Shown here piece by piece: positions 1 through 12,000 of a DNA stretch of 48,371 nucleotides. A program made the position numbers and the translations under genes. Source of the stretch: Reclinomonas americana ATCC 50394 (taxonomy: Eukaryota); NCBI GenBank assembly GCA_048213135.1, contig PS015315.1, positions 1 to 48,371 of the forward strand, read 5' to 3'. Below the pieces are notes generated by a model that searched no databases, was not told the origin of the DNA, and worked only from the letters and a program-made list of their open reading frames with translations. Numbering within the stretch: the stretch's first letter is position 1; each line of letters opens with the position of its first letter.

Positions 1-3000
1 GGCACGAGCCGTCACTCTTGCACGTTCCATGACCCGAGCACGTCGCCGATGGACTGCAGTTGCAGCTGGCATTGGTGTAGTCTCCCGTGCAGTCACACGC
101 CCCAGTCGTCGTGTTGCACGTTCCGTGTCCAGAGCACGTTGTCGCCGCCACGCAGTTCACATTGCACGAGGCGCCGTAAAAGTCCGCGTCGCACTGGCAC
201 GATCCGTCGCTCTTGCACGTCCCGTGTCCGGAGCACGTGATGCTCGGACTGCACTTGCAGCTGGCACCGGTGTAATCTCCGGCGCACTGGCACGAACCGT
301 CGTTCGAATTGAGTGTACCGTGGCCTGAACATGTTGAACACGCACCAACTGCAAGATCCAGCGTGTACAGCTGACCACCATCCACAGCGCCTACCAATTT
401 GGTGCCGTCACCGCTGGAGGCCACTGTCACCCAGTTGTGGCCGGCATCAATGCCCGTCCACGTCACGCCCGAATCCGTGGAGACGTAGATCCGACTGGTG
501 CCGCCTTGCTCCGTAGCCACCAGGTTGGTGCCGTCACTGCTGGAGGCCACAGACCGCCAAGTACGAATGGATTCGCGAGGCGTCCACGATTGGCCAGAGT
601 CAGTGGAGGTGAACATCTGGCCATCGCCGATAGCCACCAGCTTGGAGCCGTCACTATTGGAGGTCACCGTGTACCAGCTGCGAATCTCATCACGAGCTGT
701 CCACGTCACACCAGAGTCAATGGAGGTGTAGATCTGACCACCTTGCTCGGCAGCCACCAGCTTGGAGCCATTGCTGCTTGACGCCACTGCGAACCAATTA
801 CGGCTCTCATCACGAGGTGCCCACGTCACGCCCGAGTCCGTGGAGGTGTAGATCTGGCCGCCAAGCTCGGCAGCCACAAGCTTGGAGCCGTCACTGCTGG
901 AGGCCACTGAAAACCAGAGGCGGTTGGAGTCACGAGCCGTCCACGTCACGCCAGAGTCGCTGGAGGTGTAGAGCTGGCCGCTGAGCGCCGCAGCCACCAG
1001 TTTCGTTCCGTCACTGCTGGAGGCCACCGATCGCCAGTCGCGTTCAGAGTTACGAGCCGTCCACGTCACGCCAAAGTCAGCGGAGGTGAAGATCGGATTG
1101 AATCGCGAAGCGGCCACCAGCTTGCTACCATCACTGTTGGAGGCCACCAAAGTCCAGTCATTGGTCGCCTGGTATGTCGCTCCCGACGTCCACGTCGTGC
1201 CAGAGTCAGTGGAAGTGTAGGCCTGATCAGCCTGCCCGGCAGCCACCAACTTGACGCCGTCACTGCTGGAAGCCACTGCAGTCCAGTTGCGATTTGAATC
1301 GCGAGCCGTCCACGTCACGCCAGAATCAGTGGAGGTGTAGATCCTGTCGTTGCTCGCCACAGCCACCAACTTCACACCGTCACTGCTGGAGGCCACTGAC
1401 TGCCAGTAGCGACCCGAATCACGAGCCGTCCACGTCACACCGGAATCAGTGGAAGTGTAAATCTGGCCACTAACACTTCCACCCTCCACCGCCACCAACT
1501 TGAGTCCGTTATTGCTCGAAGCCACCGATTGCCACTGGCGGCTGGATTCGCGAGCTGTCCACGTCACGCCCGAGTCAGTGGTGGTGTAAATACGACCATT
1601 CTGCTCGACAGCCACCAGTTTGGTGCCGTCACTGCTTGAGGCCACAGACTGCCAGTTGCGATTGAAATCACGAGCCGTCCACGTCACGCCAGAGTTGGTA
1701 GAGGTGTAGATCTGACCGCTAAACGCAACAGCCACCAACTTGGTGCCGTCAGTACTGGAGGCCACCGCTTGCCACTGCCGAACCGAATCACGACGCGTCC
1801 ACGACATGCCCGAGTCGGCAGAGGTGTACATCCGATCATTTTGCGCCACAGCCACCACCTTCACACCGTCGTCGCTGGAGGCTACTGATGTCCACTGGCG
1901 ACTGGATTCGTGAGCTGTCCACGTCGTGCCAGAGTCAGTGGAAGTGAAGATTTGACTGGTGCCGACTTGCTCAACAACAGCCACCAGCTTGGTGCCGTCG
2001 CTGCTCGAGGCCACAGACCGCCAGGACCCAACAAATCCAAGGCTTCGAGTCGTGCTAGCAGAGCAGCCCGGGAGCGATGAGCACAGGGACCCTGTTTTTT
2101 GGTGAAGTGGATGCACAGAGTCAGTGATAGTGTATCTGGGCACTGCGATTCATGATCTCTACTCACCACTCCACGGACTTGTTGTACACATACACGAACC
2201 GTCGTCGTTGCACGTGCCGTGACCAGAGCACGTGATGCTGGGACTGCAATTGCAGCTGGCATTCGTGTAGTCATCAGTGCAAAGACAAGTGCCGTCAGTG
2301 TTGCACGTTCCATTACCGGAGCACGTGACAGTGGGACTGCAGTTGCAGTTGGCGTTGGCAAAATCGACTACGCACTCGCATGAGCCGTCACCGTTGCACG
2401 TTCCGTTTCCAGAGCACGTGGCAGCGGGACTGCAGTTGCAGCTGGCATTGGTGTAGTCACCCGTGCACTGGCATGTGCCGTCGCTCTTGCAAGTTCCGTG
2501 ACCAGAGCACGTCACTGACGGACTGCAGTTGCAGCTGGCATTCGTGTAGTCGTCAGTGCACAGACACGTGCCGTCACTCTTGCACGATCCGTGGCTGGAG
2601 CACGTCGCCGATGGACTGCAGTTGCAGCTGGCATTGGTGTAANNNNNNNNNNNNNNNNNNNNNNNNNNNNNNNNNNNNNNNNNNNNNNNNNNNNCGCACG
2701 CACAAGTGCCATTGGTGTTGCATGTGCCATGACCAGAGCACGTCGTGCTGGGACTGCAGTTGCAGCTGGCATTCGTGTAGTCGCCAGCGCACAGACAAGA
2801 GCCGTCACTCTTGCACGATCCGTGTCCAGAGCACGTTGTCGCCGCCACACAGTTCGTGCTGCACGAAGAGCCGTAATAGTCGGCATTGCACTGGCATGTG
2901 CCGTCAATCTTGCACATTCCGTGTCCAGAGCACGTCGCCGACGGACTGCAGTTGCAGCTGGCATTGGTGTAGTCGCCAGTGCAGTCACACGCCCCCGTTG

Positions 3001-6000
3001 TCGTGTTGCACGTGCCGTGTCCAGAGCACGTCATCGCCGCCACACAATTCACGTTGCATGATGTGCCGTAGTAGTCAGTGTTGCACTCGCACATGTGGTC
3101 ACTATTGCACGTTCCGTGACCCGTGCAAGTGGTGGCGGCCACACAACTAACATAACATGATGCACCGTAAAAGTTGGCGTTACACAGGCATGTACCATCA
3201 CTCTCGCACGTTCCGTTGCCCGAGCACGTGGTTGTGGGACTGCAATTGCAACTTGCGTTCGCGTAGTCGCCAGTGCACAGACACGCACCATTGGTGTTGC
3301 ATGTGCCATGACCAGAGCACGTCGTGCTGGGACTGCAGTTGCAGCTGGCATTCGTGTAGTCGCCAGTGCACAGACACGAGCCGTCACCTTGGCAACTTCC
3401 ATGGCTGGAGCACGTCGCCGATGGACTGCAGTTGCAGCTGGCATTGGTGTAGTCGCCCGTGCAGTCANNNNNNNNNNNNNNNNNNNNNNCATGTCCCAGT
3501 CGTCGTGTTGCACGTCCCATGTCCAGAGCACGTCGTCGCCGCCACACAATTCACATTGCATGATGCACCGTAGTAGTCGGCAGCGCACGTGCAAGTGCCA
3601 TTGGTGTCGCATGTGCCATGACCAGAGCACGTCGTGCTGGGACTGCAGTTGCAGCTGGCATTCGTGTAGTCACCTGTGCATAGGCACGTGCCGTCACTCT
3701 TGCACGTACCGTGTCCAGAGCACGTTGTCGCCGTCACGCAATTCACGATGCACGAAAAGCCGTAATAGTCAGCATTGCACTGGCATGTTCCGTCACTCTT
3801 GCACGTTCCGTGTCCAGAGCACGTCGCCGATGGACTGCAGTTGCAGCTGGCATTGGTGTAGTCGCCCGTGCAGTCACACGCCCCAGTCGCCGTGTTGCAC
3901 GTGCCGTGTCCAGAGCACGTCGTCGCCGCCACACAGTTAACATTGCACGATGCGCCGTAGTAGTTGGCAGCGCACGTGCAAGTGCCATTGGTGTTGCATG
4001 TGCCATGGCCAGAGCATGTAGTGCTGGGACTGCAGTTGCAGCTGGCATTCGTGTAGTCGCCAGTGCACAGACAAGTGCCGTCACCCTTGCACGATCCGTG
4101 ACCCGAGCACGTCGCCGACGGACTGCAGTTGCAGCTGGCATTGGTGTAGTCGCCCGTGCAGTCACACGCCCCAGTCGTCGTGTTGCACGCACCGTGTCCA
4201 GAGCACGTCGTCGCCGCCACACAATTCACATTGCATGATGCACCGTAGTAGTCGGCAGCGCAAGTACAAGTGCCATTGGCGTTGCATGTGCCATGACCAG
4301 AGCACGTCGTGCTGGGACTGCAGTTGCAGTTGGCATTGGTGTAGTCGCCCGTGCACTGGCATGTGCCGTCAATCTTGCACGTTCCGTGACCAGAGCACGT
4401 CGTCGACGGACTGCAGCTGCAGCTGGCATTCGTGTAGTCGTCAGTGCACAGACAAGTACCGTCACTCTTGCACGATCCGTGTCCAGAGCACGTCGCCGAT
4501 GGACTGCAGTTGCAGCTGGCATCGGTGTAGTCGCCCGTGCAGTCACATGTCCCAGTCGTCGTGTTACACGTGCCGTGTCCAGAGCACGTCGTCGCCGCCA
4601 CACAATTCACATTGCATGATGTGCCGTAGTAATTGGTAGCGCACGCACAAGTGCCGTTGGTGTTGCATGTGCCATGACCCGAGCACGTCGTGCTGGGACT
4701 GCAGTTGCAGCTGGCGTTGGTGTAGTCGCCCGTGCACAGACACGAGCCGTCACCTTGACAACTTCCATGGCTGGAGCACGTCGCCGATGGACTGCAGTTG
4801 CAGCTGGCATTCGTGTAGTCGCCCGTACACTGGCACGTGCCGTCACTCTTGCACGTGCCATGTCCAGAGCACGTGGTTGCCGCCACACAGTTTACAGTGC
4901 ACGATACACCATAATAGTCGGTATTGCACTGGCAAGTGCCATTGGCGTTGCATGTTCCGTGGCCGAAGCACGTCGCAGTAGGACTGCAGTTGCAGCTGGC
5001 ATTCGTGTAGTCGCCAGTGCACTGACAGGTGCCAGTATTCGGATTGAGCGTGCCGTGGTCCGAGCACACAGAGCAGCCACCGAGATTCAACGTGTACACC
5101 TGACCACCGTTCACAGCAAGTACCAGCTTGCTACCGTCACTGGTGGTGGCCACACCAAACCAATTGCGACTGGAATCACGCGCCGACCATGTGACACCAG
5201 AATCATTGGAGATGTAGATCCGATCAGAGAAATTGGCAACGGCTACCAGCCGGGTTCCATCGCTGCTGGAGGCCACTGCACTCCACGGGCGATTGGAATC
5301 AGTAGCCCTAGCCGTCCACGTCACACCAGAGTCAGTAGATGTGTACAACAGACCACCGTTCGATAGAGCAACCAGCTTTGTACCATCACTATTGGACGCC
5401 ACTGCAATCCAGTTTCGGTTTGAGTCGCGCGCCGTCCACGTCGCGCCAGAGTCGATGGAAGTATAGATCTGGCCGTTCTGCACGACAGCCACCAGTTTGG
5501 TCCCGTCACTGCCGGAGGCAAGTCCAATCCAGTTACGAGCGGAATCACGTGCTATCCACGTCACGCCAGAGTCGACAGACGTGTAGATCTGACCTCCAGA
5601 GACAGCAGCCACCAGATTCGTACCGTCACTGCTCGAGGCCACTGCAAACCAGCTGCGACTGGAGTTGCGCGCCGTCCACGTCACGCCAGAGTCGATGGAA
5701 GTGTAAATCTGACCATCCCGCACTGCAGCCACCAGCTTGGTGCCGCTATCGTCGGAGGCCATAGCTCTCCAGCTGCGGGCGGATTCACGAGCAATCCACG
5801 TTACACCAGAGTCAGTGGACGTGTAGATCTGTCCATTCTGCAGCGCAGCCGCCAGCTTGAGGCCGTCGCTGCTACTGGCCACTGTCCTCCACGTCGCTGC
5901 NNNNNNNNNNNNNNNNNNNNNNNNNNNNNNNNNNNNNNNNNNNNNNNNNNNNNNNNNNNNNNNNNNNNNNNNNNNNNNNNNNNNNNNNNNNNNNNNNNNN

Positions 6001-9000
6001 NNNNNNNNNNNNNNNNNNNNNNNNNNNNNNNNNNNNNNNNNNNNNNNNNNNNNNNNNNNNNNNNNNNNNNNNNNNNNNNNNNNNNNNNNNNNNNNNNNNN
6101 NNNNNNNNNNNNNNNNNNNNNNNNNNNNNNNNNNNNNNNNNNNNNNNNNNNNNNNNNNNNNNNNNNNNNNNNNNNNNNNNNNNNNNNNNNNNNNNNNNNN
6201 NNNNNNNNNNNNNNNNNNNNNNNNNNNNNNNNNNNNNNNNNNNNNNNNNNNNNNNNNNNNNNNNNNNNNNNNNNNNNNNNNNNNNNNNNNNNNNNNNNNN
6301 NNNNNNNGCGCCAGTTACGACTCGCATCGCGCGCCGTCCACGTGACGCCAGAGTCAGTGGAGGTGTAAAGCTGACCACCATTGACACAGGCCACCACCAC
6401 GGCGCCATTTCCGCTGAACGCCACTCCATTCCAGTTGCGAGAAGATTCACGCGCCGTCCACGTCACTCCAGAGTCCGTGGAGGTGTACAGCTGGCCACCA
6501 CTAACACTGGCCACCACCAACGTGCCATTACTGCTGGATGCCACTCCGCTCCAGTTGCGACTGGAATCTCGCGCCGTCCACGTTACGCCAGAGTCCGTGG
6601 AGGTGTAGATCTGGCCGTTCTGCACCACAGCCACCAGTTTGGTGCCGTCGTCACTGGAGGCAACCGCCGCCCAGTTGCCAACATACCCGAGCGTGGCAAC
6701 TGAAGAGCTTGTCAAGCACGACGTTCCTGTTCAACAGAGCATGATCAGCACACAGACAGAGAGAGAGAGAGAACGAATACGACCGCAAAGAAACAACAAT
6801 ACTTACCACTGCATGGACTTGTGCAGGTGCATGTTCCGTTTGCACCACAAGTACCATGTCCAGAGCATGTGATGGCAGGGCTGCAGTTGCAGCTGGCGTT
6901 GGTGAAGTCACCAGTGCACAGACAAGTGCCATCACCCTGGCAACTTCCATGACCCGAGCACGAAGCCGACGGACTGCAGTTGCAGCTGGCATTGGTGTAG
7001 TCGCCCGTGCACAGGCATGTGCCATCACTCTTGCACGTTCCGTGACTGGAGCACGTCGCAGTGGGACTGCAGTTGCAGCTTGCATTGGTGTAGTCGCCAG
7101 TGCACAGGCATGTGCCGTCACTCTTGCACGTCCCGTGACCCGAGCAGGTGGTGGCCGCCACGCAGTTCACATCACACGCAGCACCGTAATAGTCAGCGTT
7201 GCACTGGCATGTGCCGTCACTCTTGCACGTACCGTGTCCAGAGCACGTGGTTGCCGCCACACAGTTTACAGTGCACGATACACCATAATAGTCGGTATTG
7301 CACTGGCAAGTGCCACTGGCGTTGCATGTTCCGTGGCCGAAGCACGTCGCAGTAGGACTGCAGTTGCAGCTGGCATTTGTGTAGTCGCCAGTGCACTGAC
7401 AGGTGCCAGTATTCGGATTGAGCATGCCGTGGTCCGAGCACACAGAGCAGCCACCGAGATTCAACGTGTACACCTGCCCACCGCTCGCAGCAAGCACCAG
7501 CTTGCCACCGTCACTGGCGGACGCCACACCGAACCAACTGCGACTGGAATCGCGCGCCGACCATGTGACACCAGAATCATTCGAGATAAAGATCTGACCT
7601 GCATTCAATACTCCAACCAGCCGGGTTCCATCATTGCTGGAGGCCACTGCACTCCACGGGCGATTGGAATCAGTAGCTCTAGCCGTCCACGTAACACCAG
7701 CGTCAGTAGATGTGTACAACAGACCACCGTTCGATACAGCCACCAGCTTGGTACCATCACTATTGGACGCCACTGCAACCCAGTTTCTGGTAGAGTCGCG
7801 CGCCGTCCACGTCGCGCCAGAGTCGATGGAAGTATAGATCTGGCCGTTGTTCGCCGCAGCCACCAGCTTGGTGCCGTCAACGTTGGAGGCCAGTCCAATC
7901 CAGTTACGAGTGGACTCACGAGCTGTCCACGTCACGCCAGAGTCGACAGACGTGTAGATCTGACCTCCAAAGTCAGCAGCCACCAATTTGGTACCGTCAC
8001 TGCTCGAGGCCACTGCAAGCCAGTTGCGATTGGAGTTGCGCGCCGTCCACGTCACGCCAGAGTCGATCGAAGTGTAAATCTGACCACCCTGCACTGCAGC
8101 CACCAGCTTGGNNNNNNNNNNNNNNNNNNNNNNNNNNNNNNNNNNNNNNNNNNNNNNNNNNNNNNNNNNNNNNNNNNNNNNNNNNNNNNNNNNNNNNNNN
8201 NNNNNNNNNNNNNNNNNNNNNNNNNNNNNNNNNNNNNNNNNNNNNNNNNNNNNNNNNNNNNNNNNNNNNNNNNNNNNNNNNNNNNNNNNNNNNNNNNNNN
8301 NNNNNNNNNNNNNNNNNNNNNNNNNNNNNNNNNNNNNNNNNNNNNNNNNNNNNNNNNNNNNNNNNNNNNNNNNNNNNNNNNNNNNNNNNNNNNNNNNNNN
8401 NNNNNNNNNNNNNNNNNNNNNNNNNNNNNNNNNNNNNNNNNNNNNNNNNNNNNNNNNNNNNNNGGTGTTGCATGTGCCATGACCAGAGCACGTCGTGCTG
8501 GGACTGCAGTTGCAGCTGGCATTCGTGTAGTCATCAGCGCACTGGCATGTGCCGTCACCTTGGCAACTTCCATGACCCGAGCACGTCGCCGACGGACTGC
8601 AGTTGCAGCTGGCATTGGTGTAGTCGCCCGTGCAGTCACACGCCCCCGTTGTCGTGTTGCACGTTCCGTGTCCAGAGCACGTCGTCGCCGCCACACAGTT
8701 CACATTGCACGATGCGCCGTAGTAGTCAGCAGCGCATGCACAAGTGCCATTGGTGTTGCATGTGCCGTGACCAGAGCACGTCGTGCTGGGACTGCAGTTG
8801 CAGCTGGCATTCGTATAGTCGTCAGTGCACAGACACGTGCCGTCAATCTTGCATGATCCGTGTCCAGAGCACGTCGTCGCCGCCACGCAGTTCACGCTGC
8901 ACGAGGTGCCGTAATAGTCAGCGTTGCACTGGCATGTGCCGTCACTCTTGCATGTTCCGTGTCCAGAGCACGTAGCCGATGGACTGCAGTTGCAACTGGC

Positions 9001-12000
9001 ATTGGTGTAGTCGCCTGTGCAGTCACACGCCCCCGTCGTCGTGTTACACGTTCCGTGTCCAGAGCACGTCGTCGCCGCCACACAATTCACATTGCATGAT
9101 GCGCCGTAGTAGTCGCCAGTGCACGTGCAAGTGCCATTGGCATTGCATGTGCCATGACCAGAGCACATCGTGCTGGGACTGCAGTTGCAGCTGGCATTCG
9201 TGTAGTCGCCAGTGCACAGACACGTGCCGTCACCCTGGCAACTTCCGTGACCAGAGCACGTCGCCGATGGACTGCAGTTGCAGCTAGCATTGGTGTAGTC
9301 GCCCGTGCAGTCACATGCTCCCGTTGTCGTGTTGCATGTGCCGTGTCCAGAGCACGTCGTCGCCGCCACACAGTTCACATTGCATGATGCGCCGTAGTAG
9401 TCGCTAGTGCACGTACAAGTTCCGTTGGTGTTGCATGTGCCATGACCAGAGCACGTGGCGCTGGGACTGCAGTTGCAGCTGGCATTCGTGTAGTCGCCAG
9501 TGCAAAGGCAAGAGCCGTCACCTTGACAACTTCCATGACTGGAGCACGACGCCGATGGACTGCAGTTGCAGCTGGCATTGGTGTAGTCGCCCGTGCAATC
9601 ACACGCCCCAGTCGTCGTGTTGCATGTGCCATGTCCGGAGCACGTCGTCGCCGCCACACAGTTCACATTGCATGATGCACCGTAGTAGTCGGCAGCGCAA
9701 GTACAAGTGCCATTGGTGTTGCATGTGCCATGACCAGAGCACGTCGTGCTGGGACTGCAGTTGCAGCTGGCATTCGTGTAGTCGCCAGTGCACAGACACG
9801 AGCCGTCNNNNNNNNNNNNNNNNNNNNNNNNNNNNNNNNNNNNNNNNNNNNNNNNNNNNNNNNNNNNNNNNNNNNNNNNNNNNNNNNNNNNNNNNNNNNN
9901 NNNNNNNNNNNNNNNNNNNNNNNNNNNNNNNNNNNNNNNNNNNNNNNNNNNNNNNNNNNNNNNNNNNNNNNNNNNNNNNNNNNNNNNNNNNNNNNNNNNN
10001 NNNNNNNNNNNNNNNNNNNNNNNNNNNNNNNNNNNNNNNNNNNNNNNNNNNNNNNNNNNNNNNNNNNNNNNNNNNNNNNNNNNNNNNNNNNNNNNNNNNN
10101 NNNNNNNNNNNNNNNNNNNNNNNNNNNNNNNNNNNNNNNNNNNNNNNNNNNNNNNNNNNNNNNNNNNNNNNNNNNNNNNNNNNNNNNNNNNNNNNNNNNN
10201 NNNNNNNNNNNNNNNNNNNNNNNNNNNNNNNNNNNNNNNNNNNNNNNNNNNNNNNNNNNNNNNNNNNNNNNNNNNNNNNNNNNNNNNNNNNNNNNNNNNN
10301 NNNNNNNNNNNNNNNNNNNNNNNNNNNNNNNNNNNNNNNNNNNNNNNNNNNNNNNNNNNNNNNNNNNNNNNNNNNNNNNNNNNNNNNNNNNNNNNNNNNN
10401 NNNNNNNNNNNNNNNNNNNNNNNNNNNNNNNNNNNNNNNNNNNNNNNNNNNNNNNNNNNNNNNNNNNNNNNNNNNNNNNNNNNNNNNNNNNNNNNNNNNN
10501 NNNNNNNNNNNNNNNNNNNNNNNNNNNNNNNNNNNNNNNNNNNNNNNNNNNNNNNNNNNNNNNNNNNNNNNNNNNNNNNNNNNNNNNNNNNNNNNNNNNN
10601 NNNNNNNNNNNNNNNNNNNNNNNNNNNNNNNNNGTGCTCTGGACACGGAACGTGCAAGAGTGACGGCACATGCCAGTGCAATGCTGACTATTACGGCTCC
10701 TCGTGCAGCGTGAACTGCGTGGCGGCGATGACGTGCTCTGGACACGGATCATGCAAGAGTGACGGCTCTTGTCTGTGCACTGGTGACTATACAAATGCCA
10801 GCTGCAACTGCAGTCCCAGCACGACGTGCTCTGGTCATGGCACATGCAACACCAATGGCACTTGTACTTGCGCTGCTGACTACTTCGGCACATCATGCGA
10901 TGTGAACTGTGTGGCGGCGACGACGTGCTCTGGGCACGGAACGTGTAACACGGCAACGGGAGCATGTGACTGCACGGGCGACTACACCAATGCCAGCTGC
11001 AACTGCAGTCCGTCGATGACGTGCTCGGGTCATGGAAGTTGTCAAGGTNNNNNNNNNNNNNNNNNNNNGTCGCCGATGCACTGCAGTTGCAGCTGGCATT
11101 GGTGTAGTCGCCAGTGCAGTCACATGCCCCAGTCGTCGCATTACACGTTCCGTGTCCAGAGCACGTCGTCGCTGCCACGCAGTTCACATTGCACGACGTA
11201 CCGTAATAGTCAGTGTCGCATTCGCACATGTGGTCGCTGTTGCACGTTCCGTGACCGGTGCAAGTGGTGGCGGCCACACAACTAACATAACATGATGCAC
11301 CGTAATAGTTGGCGTTACACAGGCATGTGCCATCACTTTCGCACGTTCCGTTGCCCGAGCAGGTGACGGTGGGACTGCAACTGCAACTTGCGTTCGCGTA
11401 GTCGCCAGTGCACAGACACGCACCATTGGTGTTGCATGTGCCATGACCAGAGCACGTCGTGCTGGGACTGCAGTTGCAGCTGGCATTCGTGTAGTCGCCA
11501 GTGCACAGACACGAGCCGTCACCTTGGCAACTTCCATGGCTGGAGCACGTCGCCGATGGACTGCAGTTGCAGCTGGCATTGGTGTAGTCGCCCATGCAGT
11601 CACACGCCCCCGTTGTCGTGTTGCACGTGCCGTGTCCAGAGCACGTCGTCGCCGCCACACAATTCACATTGCACGATGCACCGTAGTAGTCGGCAGCGCA
11701 CGTGCAAGTGCCATTGGTGTTGCATGTGCCATGGCCAGAGCACGTCGTGCTGGGACTGCAGTTGCAGCTGGCATTCGTGTAGTCGTCAGTGCACAGACAA
11801 CTACCGTCACCTTGGCAACTTCCATGACTGGAGCAAGTTGTCGCCGCAATGCAGTTCACACTGCACGATGAGCCGTAATAGTCAGCATTGCACTGGCATG
11901 TGCCGTCACTCTTGCACGTTCCGTGTCCAGAGCACGTCGTCGATGCACTGCAGTTGCAGCTGGCATTGGTGTAGTCGCCCGTGCAGTCACACGCCCCCGT

